Positions 27,775 through 39,369 of a stretch of DNA of 64,000 nucleotides are shown piece by piece. The notes under the pieces are model-generated. The model ran no database searches, had not been told where the DNA came from, and worked only from the letters and a program-made list of their open reading frames with translations. Origin of the DNA: Bugula neritina (lineage: Eukaryota > Animalia > Bryozoa); the NCBI GenBank assembly GCA_964035545.1, contig OZ037768.1, positions 11,440,741-11,504,740 on the forward strand, given 5' to 3'. A program made the position numbers and the translations under genes. Position 1 is the stretch's first letter. Each line of letters begins with the position of its first letter.

Positions 27775-27938
27775 TCTGTGAGAACCTTTGATGGTAAGAG
27801 TTTTCAAGCGAGCTAAGGACTTTTGCCAAAATAGCAGAAGAACAATTATGACCAGATGAAATTATTACTAGTGCTGCTATTACCTAGCACACACTTAGAC
27901 AATGCTCTAACCATTGGGCATAATAACACAGCAGTTCA
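27775..27938 (-). mobile_element. tRNA-derived SINE, degenerate copy
   Basis: Shares ctgtgagaac, gctaaggactt, caattatgac and aatgctctaacc with the other copies. Confidence 0.65.
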
Positions 27939-28249
27939 TCAAAAGTTTGATACATAACTTAAGAGGTTATTACAATCTGGAAGCTGGCAGTCATCAAGCT
28001 TATTTATATAACTTATATTTTAAATCTAAAGGTTTCCATGACAGTAATAAAGGTAAATAAATTACTCTAACAGATATAATGATGCGATACCACAACTAAT
28101 AGAAATAGCGTTTCTGTCCTCACTACTTGGATTATTCAATGTAGCTTAGCATATATGTTTGAATTTTAATACATTTCAAAGTTAAGTAGTGACTTTGATA
28201 TGTACATAAAGACCACTAAACATTTATTTGCACATCAATGATAAGTGTT

Positions 28250-28291
28250 GCTACCAGCCACCCGCACAGGACCACGGTAATGAAAGGTGAC
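28250..28291 (+). mobile_element. 42-bp RTE 3'-end insertion with TSD
   Basis: gctaccagccacccgcacaggaccacggtaatgaaaggtgac flanked by ca(t/c)caatgataagtgtt at 28233-28249 and 28292-28308. Confidence 0.8.
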
Positions 28292-29054
28292 CACCAATGA
28301 TAAGTGTTTGTCTTTCCCTTTATCTATCTGTAGGTCTTCTGATAACATAGAACTTTGTATTTTATCTTTGAATATCTCAGCAATATAATGGTTAGATCTC
28401 ATAATACTGTAGTGACATTACATTTTCTTGTCTAAACTTGAGTAAATAAGTTGGGATATTTTTTGTGCTTTCATTTGTGTTCTACCTAAAAGTTTTCTGC
28501 ATTCACTAAGAATATGCATGAATTTAAATAATTTTTGCATAATGGTTAGAATATTATAGAGCGAAAATAAAGTCTAATCTCATGCAATTAAAATTTAGGC
28601 TATTGGCTCTCACTAACTTTTTTCATCGCTTAATTGTTTTTGAGTCTGTGATATTTTCACTGACAGTCGATTTATTAAAATAGGCAGCAAGAATATATCA
28701 CTTAGTTTAAAGTACATGGTTTACAAGCATCATAATTTTTCTTATATCATGAAAAAGTATGTTTACATCAACTTTAGAGAACTATACTTTTCTACAATTA
28801 TATAAAATACTGCATATCTTGTAGTTAATATGGCCCAATGTATCAATTATCTAACTTGAAACTTCTGTAGTTTTACTATAACTATAGGTAAAACTTCAGC
28901 TATTATAATTAAATTATAGAGTACAACCAATAATACTAATTTTAGATTTAACTCAGTATTACTCTTACTATTATTGCTTATGCCAAGCTCGAGTTATTAG
29001 TCAGATACCGGTGATCACAATCACAATGAAAACAAATAATCATAATAACTACCA

Positions 29055-29114
29055 AGCAGTAGTAGCAGTGGTAGCAGTAGCAGCAGCAGCAGTAGCAGCA
29101 GCAGCAGTAGTAGT
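29055..29114. repeat. Compound (GCA/GTA)n trinucleotide repeat
   Basis: Directly visible. Confidence 0.9.
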
Positions 29115-29414
29115 ACAACTACAAGTTGAAGTTAAACTTGAAGGTAATATCAATATAATTACATAAATTATAACTTAATTAGTATAAGTTATAAATATAA
29201 GATTAAGTAATAGTATAACTAAAACTAATGGCAATACTTATACTATAGTCTGTAAGTATTAGTATAACGTCAACTGTATAAACTGTAAGTATACTTCTAG
29301 CTGTAGCATAAATTAATTATTTAAATAGTTATATCATTTTAAGTTTATTTAAAATGTAAGCTATTGTTAAACTTAATCATAATGCTATACTTATTAGTTA
29401 AAGTCAACTTCGAA

Positions 29415-30500
29415 GTGATCATCACACTGGACCTCTCTAGAGGAAGGAAGAGGTAATATGTTGGACAGTCATTGGTAAGTAGTCATACAGTTATTACTGG
29501 CTGGGCTGTATTTACTGAACAGAAACTTAACACTGTCTATGTGGAGATCTCTAAATTATTGCCTTGATTGTGACCAATTTTCAGACCCCGGATGGTCCTT
29601 GGGAGAAAACTGTTCAGGTACTTGGTATTGTGAGCACCCACTGATCGAGGCCGTCCCCTCGCTTGGGAGAGAGTCTATATAATGCTGTTCATTGGTTTGT
29701 TCAGCAGGTCATCATAGGCAAAACTGAGAGCCAGATGTTGTTCTTCTTTTGTCAGAATCTTCATAAGGATACTAATACGCCTGGTTCTTCTTCATTGTTC
29801 AAGGGGCTATATGCAGAGTTTTTTTCATGGCACTTTCGACATTCTCGTGGCCTGTAATATTGGCTATGAATCGCACTGCATCCACTTGTATCTTTTCTAA
29901 GCCAGAAATAGTCTTCTTGCAGGCTAGGTGCCAAGCTGCGCTAGCATACTCAAGGTGTGGTAAACACAACGCTTTGTATGCAATCAATTGAGCTCGTTCA
30001 GGGGCCCAGTAGAGAGCTTTTTAATCATACCCAATTGTCTTCTAGCATTTAGTATTTTATTTTATATATGGTTGTTGAGCCTGTAATCTGATTGCAGTGT
30101 AACATCTAGGTATTTTGTAGTCTACATGATCTAGCACTGACCCATTCAATGTGTAATTGGGAGTATCTCCTACAGAGTTAAAACTTATTATTTTGCTTTT
30201 AAAGATGTTGAATGACATACCCCACTTGCCTGACCATGCACTAAAAGAATCTAAATTTCGCTGACACCTGCTGCAGTCACTAAATGAGGCTATCTCCTGG
30301 TAGACAAGGGTGTCATGAGCAAACAAGACACATGAGCAGTCAAGACAGTCAGGTAGGTCATTAATGACAATGAAGAGTAGTATTGGTCTCAAAACCTATC
30401 CTTGTGGCACACCTAAGGTAAATGGTAATGGATCTGAGGTGTGACCTTGTAACACCACTCTGTGATTGGTTAGGAAGTTATTTATCAAGTGCATGATGAT
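29415..30500 (-). mobile_element. 5'-truncated CR1/L2-group non-LTR retrotransposon, frameshifted
   Basis: GVPQG (~30405), PILLFIVINDLP..LFAHD (degenerate FADD), W..KWGMSFN..K and AYKALCLPHLEYASAAW occur in successive frames. Confidence 0.85.
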
Positions 30501-31099
30501 TTGTTTTACAGTGTGGGCTAAAGGTTGGTAGTTGTGTTAATTTTTTTATATGGACCCTCTGGTGTATTTAATGGTTCTTGGTAAGAAGCTACCATGGTAT
30601 ACTATTACTTGTCCTGGAGCCTTTCTATATTTTTATTTTAAGTCTTGTATAATTTTCGCTAATTCAAAGACAGATACACCAGGAACTCCTTAATTATATT
30701 ATTATCCGTTATGATCATCATCATTATAATTAATAAATTATCATAGTCATAATGATAATGTTAATTTAAAATTAACTTAAGAGTAAGAGTAACTGTAAGT
30801 ACTAGTACTACTAGTACTAGTACTACTAATGCTAGCAATAGTAGTAGTACTATCACTATTAGTATTAGAGTACTACTAGTACTATAACTATGTGACTAAT
30901 CTTACAGTGAGTTACCAACAGTAGATGCATCAGTATGAGTATGATAATCAGTAAGTAAGGGCGATCACAATCACAGTGATAGTGACAATGACTATGAGTA
31001 TGATGACTGATGAGTGAGTGGCTATCACATTAGATGATTAGTCATTACTAACTAGCTTTTACTTAATCTTGTAATATAATTATAATACAGCAAAGTACA

Positions 31100-31450
31100 A
31101 TTTAAAGTTCCAACAGCGCGTGAATTACTGTTGGTGAAAAAACAAGGCCCCAGCAACAGAGGTTTCAGTATTTAACTTTAATGAATCATTGAATGCTAAT
31201 GGAAACTACCTAGTTGGAAACGGATTTCCCGTAAAATGAGTAAGTATAATATTATTATGTTTTTGCAATATCGGAACCATTGAACTATATTACTATAACT
31301 ATATAGTTTCAGTTCAGTGATCGGAACATAATGTAACGTAATAGAGTTATCGTTCCTCGGCTACCCGCCAAGACTACAGCCGTCTAGACGAGAAATTGAG
31401 TTATCGTCCCTCTAAGTCAGTAAGTACCGCTTTAAAACATCATTCTTCAC
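31100..31450 (-). promoter_or_regulatory. CpG-enriched candidate promoter / non-coding first exon of paralogue 1
   Basis: CpG excess. The ATG exon of paralogue 1 is preceded by a good acceptor (tgcgttttcag|, exon start 27719), implying an upstream non-coding exon. The layout mirrors paralogue 2. Confidence 0.4.
31278..31319. mobile_element. 42-bp micro-MITE with an 8-bp TSD (hAT-like)
   Basis: TIR cattgaact / agttcagtg (1 mismatch); perfect direct repeat atcggaac at 31270-31277 and 31320-31327. Confidence 0.65.
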
Positions 31451-32394
31451 ATAACACAATGTTTTTATACATACACCATTACAAAATGGAGCCTAACATG
31501 CTAGAATTGCAAACGAAAACTACATTCAGACAAGTGAGCAGCCCCTGCTAAACTTGCAGTTCCCTACAAAGAAATATTTTCCAAAAAGTACTCAATTCAA
31601 CTAGGTTAAATGCTCAAATGAGCAGTGAACCCCAAACACAAGAAAATTATAATTTCGGTTACATTTTCTCCAAGCTGTAGGAAATACAAAAATTGTCAAA
31701 AAATATTATGTTTATGAAAATAAAATTGTGCAAATTGGCAATCTTAAATTTTTTTGTATGATTGTAGTGATAAAACTAGTTCTGTCCTAGTAAAATATTT
31801 AGTAGCACATCAATTAAATATATTATGCAGACGGATATTTCAATAAACAAGAATTTGAATATAATGGTTATGTTTGAATAAAAATATATTATATTCAGTT
31901 AATTACTGGCCAAATATAAAATACAATAACCATAAATGAAAATATATCATAGAGATTCATATAACATATAATATATAGTTGCAAATTATTAAATAAGCTG
32001 ACGGGTCTTAGTTACCGTATACTTTTTAAATGCTTATAAAACTTGAAGCTAATTACCTACTTAGGTATACAGCAAAGATAAGGTTACACTTTGAAAAAAA
32101 GTCGTTTGATAAACCCAATGTTTTTGGTAGATACTAACCATTTTTACTTTCACATTTTGACATGATATTTACTTTTTAATCAAAGTTACCATTTTTAAAG
32201 CTGCATCAAATTTCATTAAGAAAACTTAATGATACAAAATATTAAGTGTCAAATTTTTCTAATATTCATCATAATAGTAAATTGAAAGGAGCATTAGAAA
32301 GTTATGTGCTATAGAACAAGCAAGTCAGCTGTAGCATAGAGCAGTGCGAAGTATTGTAAAGCCAACACACAATGGATTCACTTCCTTTACTCAT

Positions 32395-35300
32395 TCAATA
32401 TGCAGCACTTGTGATCAGAATTGGCTCTGAAACGAAAAATAGTTACTGTAAAATATAGAGTATCAAATATGCATTGTAAGATAATGTATAGAAGCATGCA
32501 AAATATAAGCATATGTAATAATCTAAAAACCTTAGCAGATAATGCAAACAGATCTAACATGTGCTGTAATAACTTTAAATTATGAATTTAAAACTGGCCC
32601 TAGTTGATACTCAAACGAAGTATCAATGCAAATCATAGCAATATTCCATTATTATACAAACTTTAATTTAACTTTGGGAAACAATAATTTTTTCTAGACA
32701 AATAGCAAACAAAAAGGCATCGGACAATTTCATCTAAACAATTATGATAAGTACATTTTGTTGCAACAAAACCACAACACCCACCTCCACGTCTGGACAT
32801 GTTGATCCTCCTTCGTCTTTTCACAACAACACATACTATGATAAACACTATAAAGAGAGTGCATGCTACACCTAGTCCAATTGCCACATACAAACCTGCA
32901 ACCATAGTCAGCATTTTTATTATACAACAAACAACAGTCAAACAAATTAGCATCACTAATTCAAAAGTATATAGTTACACTATATACTTCACACTATCTT
33001 TTATGAATGTGTGCAAAATAAGGAATTGTCTACACTTTCATAACTTACTTTCATTAGGATCAAAGTCAGTCTTGGTATCAACAGTAATAGTTAAATCTCC
33101 TTTATATTTCCCTGTGTTAGCAAATGATAGTTTGAGTATGTTGCCTGTAGTAGTAACACTAGACGGAACAGGCTTTTCTTCGCCACCATACTTTCCCTTG
33201 AAAAACGGATACCAACATTTTATAATATGCCATATAAATTCATAAAAAAACATAAATGTCCTTCTAGATTAAGACTAGATAGTAAAATACTACTTTGAGA
33301 ACTCTTTATTTTTCAGAGAAACTGATCATTGGTTTTTTGTATTCAGTTATAAGCTACATCTGAACTGATACCAATCAAAACAACAACCAATCTTATTATT
33401 TATTCTAAAGCATTTAACTATTAAGCGTTGACATCTGAATATTATGATTTAAAACTACAAGCGACAATGTATTACAGCCTGTAACAACAATGCTTTGATA
33501 CAATTAAAATATGACTTACCAAAGTTTTAAGCCATTGAAAAGTTGGAGCAAAGAATGCACTCTGCGAATAATTTGTTTCTAGTAGCTCCACAGTTGGTGT
33601 GAAAGGCATTGAAAAGTCAGCGAATGACACAATGAAAGCACAGCCATCACAAGGTTCATCTTTCAAACGTACAATAAACTCATGACCGCACCAGACCCCT
33701 GAATCATTGCGACCTTTCTCCAGAGTCAATGTGACCTGATCACCTGGATACATCTCCTGTTGCCCTGGGCAACACTTTGAGCTGATGCAGCCTAAAACAA
33801 AGAGCAATTAAAAATACATAAAAATAAACTTTTATAGTAACTCTAATGAACTCGAACACAACAAAACAAATAGCACTCAAGTTGATGTAACTGGGAGAGC
33901 TGTAGTTCTTTTTAGTAAAATTTAAAGTAATGCTATGCTATAGACCTAATAAATAAATTACAAATATTATTATAATAAATAGTAAAAACAGCTACAGTTT
34001 ATTACTGATAAACTATAAAACCTGAAGAGTGGGCTTCACTCATATAGCAACCTAGTAGTGTATAAACTGGTTTTTAAGCCCAATGAGTCATTCCATCACT
34101 AGCTTAGATAGCATTAAGAGTACCTTTATCAGTATAAGTGATTTTATTAAAAACTTTATACATAAAAAGTATCGTAATTTCAAGACTAATATAATATCAA
34201 CTCTGTCTTTTCTCTTACACTTGGTTGCCAAGTTAAAAAAAAACAAAACAATTATTATTAAAAATGATATAATAAATCAAATTTGGATACAATGTTTATT
34301 TAACTACATATAATAACTTTAATATAATCATTAAATGCTGTAATAAAATGACAAATATAAGCTTAGCTAGCCAGCGCAATTATTAAATTGAAAAATATTT
34401 ATTTTGCAATTTTATTAGGTTTCTAATCTTACTCAGTTAATACAATATGAATATGATAGATACGAATATAACATTAAATGGATAATTCATTTTCAACATA
34501 AATTGCAATATTAATATATACATGAAATAATTAATATTTATTCAATTACTATTATGATAAATTGTAATGAATCATTTGGGCAATTAAATTAGATTCAATG
34601 GACAACTTAATTAGATACACATGATGATGATAATTATAACATTGATTATGGCAAAAATAATTATTCCATGTAGCTATACTTTAAAATATATCAACAATTT
34701 ATAAAATTGTTAGAATAGTTTTATAATAAATTTAAAACAAATTGATACTAATCAATAATTGTGCATCACTATAAGTATAACTCTCTAACTATAAGTATGG
34801 GACATAACACTAACTATTAGTATTAGTATAAGTATTATTATAACTTATGAACTGAAGCATTGCAAATTTTACCACTAGTATAACTAATAGCTATAAGTAT
34901 AAGTTAACTTTTAGTCATACTGATACTCATATTGTATCATTATTACTATTGGACATTGGTAATGCTTATAAAAAATTTGCTCACTTAAGTTTAGAGTCGC
35001 CATCCCTGTGAAAAACCCCTAATGGAAAGTGTTTTTCTTAGAACGGGCTAAGGACTTGTTTAGATGAGGCACAGGAGCAATTATGACTGAATGCTCTTCC
35101 TAACATCACCAATGACCTTTGTCGGGTTTGAACCCATGACTTTGTGTTCACAAATGCTCTAACCCCTAGACCACCACGGCTGCTCCCTGGGCATTGGTAA
35201 TGCTTATACTTATACTATAATCATCAGGCTTGCTTTTAGTCTTACCCTTACTCTTATTAAATAATAATAATTACCAATAAATAAAATTATTGTTTGAAAT

Positions 35301-37444
35301 ATAATATAATAATTATCAATTATGGTGAAATTATGATACTTGATTTAGTTAATGTTATTAATTATACTTATAGTAAGTATAATAGTATAAGGATTAGTTA
35401 CTAGTATTATTGTATTAGTATTACTAATACAGTAATACTGGTAATAATATAGTCTATTACATTTATTATTATTATATTAATTATATTTATAATAATATTA
35501 TAATAAAAATGAAGAATTTAATTAAAATATGTTTAATCTCAGTTTGAATTTGTAAACCAGTAGCCTAAAACTAAACAGTAAAACAAAATGTAGGTTCAAA
35601 AAATTGTATATTGATAATTTAAATTACTATTATAATTACTAGTAAATAACTAACTATAAGCAATACTTATAGTTAAACTAATAGTATAAGTATTACTTAC
35701 AGACTATAGTAAAAATTACAACTAAAATAGGCAATATCAATATGGATATGAATAGGCATAGCTATTACTATTAGTACTTACATTAACGGGGTAATTGTGC
35801 TAGACTGCCTGGGATGGGGGGGGGGGGGTGGTAACAGTAGGTCTGGTTGGTTGTTTCTATTTCTTCAGGTCCCATATTTCTCAAGGGAAGGAAACTGTTG
35901 TGGAGGGAGTTGCCAGTTGTAGAAATAGACCATGGTTCGTTATTGGTGGTAGCTCTTGTCTGACTGAAGTCAGAGGCTGATTCATAAAATACGCTGACAG
36001 GAGGATGTGATTCCTTTTTCAGGAGTATCTTGTGCAGTAGCTTCACTTGAGAGTTCCTCAGCCGAACATCCCGTTGTTGTAGTTGTAGTTTTTCCTTGGC
36101 CCCTGTGGCCCCTCTTCTGCCTTTTAATCCATCGATTATTCTCACCCCTTGATTCTGAACCATTTCTAAGGCCTCTATCTCTCTGTTTGAAGATAGGCCC
36201 CAGGCACATAGGGCATATTATAGATGAGAGCGGCAGAGAGACTTATAAGCTATCAGCCTGGCTCTCTCTGATGCCTAGCAGAGAGCTTTCCTGATCATAC
36301 CACTTTGCTTTCTCCCATCGAATATTTTGTCGGATATGTGGTACATGAACTTCATGTCTGACTGTAGTATCTCTCCTAGGTATTTGCAGTGATCGGTGTG
36401 ACTGTGCTCGAATACAGAATTTGGGAATGTGCCATGAGACTAAAAATCAATTGTCTTACGCTTTTTGGCATTAAAACACATGCCCCACATCTCTGCTTAG
36501 GTGTTTAGCGGGTTAAGGTTGGCTTGGAATCTCATATCACCAGTCAGGTTGCTAGCAATTTAGTACACCACAGTATCATCGGCAAGGAGGCAAACAGAGT
36601 AGTCGACATGGTTTGGGAGATTGTTGATATGCACTAGGAATAATACAAGGCCCAGCACCGAACCTTGTGGGACTCCAGAAGTCACGGGAAGTGAGCTAGT
36701 AATATTAGTACCATCATTTGGTTTACTACTAGTATTAGTATTAGTAATACTATTAGTACTATAATTACTATTAGTATCAATATTACTATACTAGTATTAC
36801 CATTACTATTAGTACTACAGTTACTATTAGTATCAGTATTACTATTACTGAGTATTACTATTAGTATTATTATCACTATTAGCCTTGCCTTACGCTTAAT
36901 AACTATAATATTATTTTAATATAATTATAGTTAATGTTATACTATTAAATTGAACAATATTAATATTAATTAATATTATTATTAATTCAATAGTAATTTA
37001 TTTTTAATAATAATATATATTAATTTTAAGATTTAATTATTAATATATTTCTTTTTTTAAATTCAAAAACATTTAGTTCTACATTCACATCGACATTAAA
37101 TGATTAATTTACATTAAATTTAATGTTTAAAATACAAATAATAATATTAAATGATCAGTGAAGTTAAACTAAAACTAAAAATTGTACATTTCAGTCACTT
37201 TTAGTTTTACGCTTTACTCTAGCTTTAAGGTCAAGTGCTCCCACTGATAGTGATACTGATACAGTAATACTAATAGTGATACTGATAGTGATACCCGGAT
37301 AGTGATACTCATGCTGATAAGACATAAGTGATAAGTGGAACTGATAGACGATAGTAAAGCTCGTAGCCTACCTTCAAACTTTGAAGCACATACGCCAGAT
37401 ATAAGGCTTAACGAAAGCACTAAAATTTCAAATTTACAGTTCAT
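32395..37444 (-). CDS. Type-I membrane protein with divergent CUB-like ectodomain and short tail (paralogue 2, ~211 aa)
   Basis: Exons 37444-37372 (signal peptide MNCKFEILVLSLSLISGVCA), 33791-33520, 33196-33049, 32895-32785, 32426-32395; phases 1/0/1/1, total 636 nt. Exons 3 and 4 are 148 and 111 nt, the same as in paralogue 1. Tail KRRRRINMSRRGEPILITSAAY*. The first and last exons are less certain. Confidence 0.85.
34971..35187 (-). mobile_element. tRNA-derived SINE, best-preserved copy, with TSD
   Basis: Minus strand: gggagcagccg, A-box tggtctagggg, B-box ggttcaaaccc, body ggtgatgttaggaagagcattcagtcataa. 21-bp TSD tgg(a/g)cattggtaatgcttata at 34950-34970 and 35188-35208. Confidence 0.88.
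35778..36693 (-). mobile_element. 5'-truncated CR1/L2-group non-LTR retrotransposon, decayed
   Basis: VTSGVPQGSVLGLVLFLVHINNLP..LLADD at ~36570-36690, then KYLG and HNSFLP-type C-terminal motifs; poly-G at 35815-35828. Candidate TSD agcta(t/g)ta(c/a)tattagtac at 35760-35777 and 36694-36711. Confidence 0.85.
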
Positions 37445-37499
37445 TGTTTTACAGATAAAATCTGATAAAAACACAATATTTATGAAATCAAATTTGTTT

Positions 37500-37710
37500 A
37501 GAAGTTTGGATTCGGTAACTGAGACTGTGAACCACTGAACTGGAAATATTTTCCAGTTCATTGGTTACGTCAACCAGGATTTGCCACCGGAAATTTTGTC
37601 ACGTGGTTACGATTAGACCGACAAATTCCGGATGCTGCTACTGAGAATATCTAGGAAATGAAAACAGTGTGCCTCACGAGTTGTTCTTTCATGCAATAAT
37701 GCGTCAAATG
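37500..37710 (-). promoter_or_regulatory. Candidate promoter of paralogue 2
   Basis: CpG-rich patch 60-260 bp upstream of ATG 37444 with CCAAT (attgg), CRE-like TTACGTCA, ETS-like CCGGAA and E-box CACGTG motifs. Confidence 0.55.
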
Positions 37711-38854
37711 GTGCTTACACACATGGTAGGCCCAATATAAACAAATCAGACATACCTACAGTAGCATGTGTAATTTATTAGAAACTTATATACAAATAGA
37801 AATTATAACTACCTAATGTTAGTTATGATGGCTAATTCATATGCTATATTTGGAAGTAATATTCAAGCCATGCAATTCCCTTCTAGATGCCACAATCAGT
37901 TAACTCAGATTTGTTTGAGGTATTCATTTATTTATATAAAAGCAATTTATTAACAGCACTGATATAATACATCATCTATGGAAATAAAAACTAAACTTGA
38001 CTTTTTTGCTATTTTGTATATATAAGCATATACAAAAATCCTAAAAGTTTTACCCAGAGCAAGTTAAAGGACACATCTTAATCCATTTACCAAGCCCTTA
38101 AAACAGCTTTTGTTACATTACTGGCAGATTTTTTTTATTAATTTTGAAAAATAACTTTTCTCTGAATAAGGTTGTTTGAAAAAGTAACCTCTTGATCACT
38201 CAAGCTTCAGAACTGTCATTGTTTTCTGATGCTGAGGTCTTGGAGAGTGTGCAGGAGAGAGGTCTGAAGGTGTATGTGGTTAATTCCAGAAAGATTTGTA
38301 AATTAATCTATCAACATTGGTGCTGAATAATGTTGCAAAATCCCTGTCCTGACTTTTGTGAAAATGTATTAAGTATGAGAACGTCAATGACAAGTTTATG
38401 ATCTTGATATCCACAGTTGGGCTTATTTATTTAAACAGCTCTGCACATTGTGTTAGGTACTTGGTGTTTTTCCTTAAACTTGTGAGTGAATCTTTCTGAT
38501 GAAATGCAAAATCAGGTGTAATCAGTGATTTGCTGGCTATACTAACTGTATGTATCAGTTATCAGTAAGCTCCATAGTCTACCAGATAACAACTTGGAGC
38601 TGAGTGATGCAACTGTCCTCCCAGATTACATTCATAGACAAAGTTGCTTACCAGTACACAAATGAGTTGTTCATTATTATTGTAAAATGCTATTTTTTAT
38701 GAGCTCACACCATAATTTCTCACACAAAATGAGTTCTTTGACTAAAATGCTAGTCATTTATTGAAAAGTGGTTAATGGTTTGTTGTAGACTACAGCATCA
38801 ATTTAAAGTTTCAATTTGCTATTAATAGAAAAAGCTCACACATGTTTATAACCG

Positions 38855-39034
38855 CTGTGAGAACTCCAGATCGAAAGGTCTCTTTCAAATGGGCTAAGGA
38901 CTTATTCATATATGTGGCACAGAAGCAATTATGACTGGGTGCTCTTCCTAACATCACCACCAGGTGTTTGAACTCAACTACTGACTTCATAATTACTTAT
39001 AGGTCAGTGCTTTAACCACTACACCAGGTTGCTA
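38855..39034 (-). mobile_element. tRNA-derived SINE copy
   Basis: gggctaaggactt..ggcacag.agcaattatgactg..tgctcttcctaacatcacca matches 35045-35111. Confidence 0.8.
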
Positions 39035-39369
39035 TTATAGTGATTATAAAAATGCAATGTGAAAGGCACAATCAAGTTGTGAAAACAATTAACATTATAA
39101 AACATTGTTCTACTGTAGGCCTACCTTGGTTGAAATATGTTGACCAAGATTTATTGAATAATATAGAAAAGCTATGCAAATGGAGCTGTACAACTGTGGT
39201 AAATTAGTTTACAATCAAAAATTAATCAACTTGTAAATTAGTTTAAGTCTACATGTAGTATCTCGTCTTACAATATAAGATAGTAACAAAATAGATTAAC
39301 AAAACATCAGTGGTTTCAATCTGTAATGCTATTCAATGATTTATTATGTGAACAATTTGGACTTCCACT

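Noticed and set aside
34020-34100. Alternative nearby first exon for paralogue 2
   Set aside because: In-frame stop upstream and no convincing signal peptide; the 37444-37372 exon fits better.
36682-36876. 64-aa hydrophobic ORF resembling a membrane peptide
   Set aside because: Translation of TAG/TAT low-complexity sequence.
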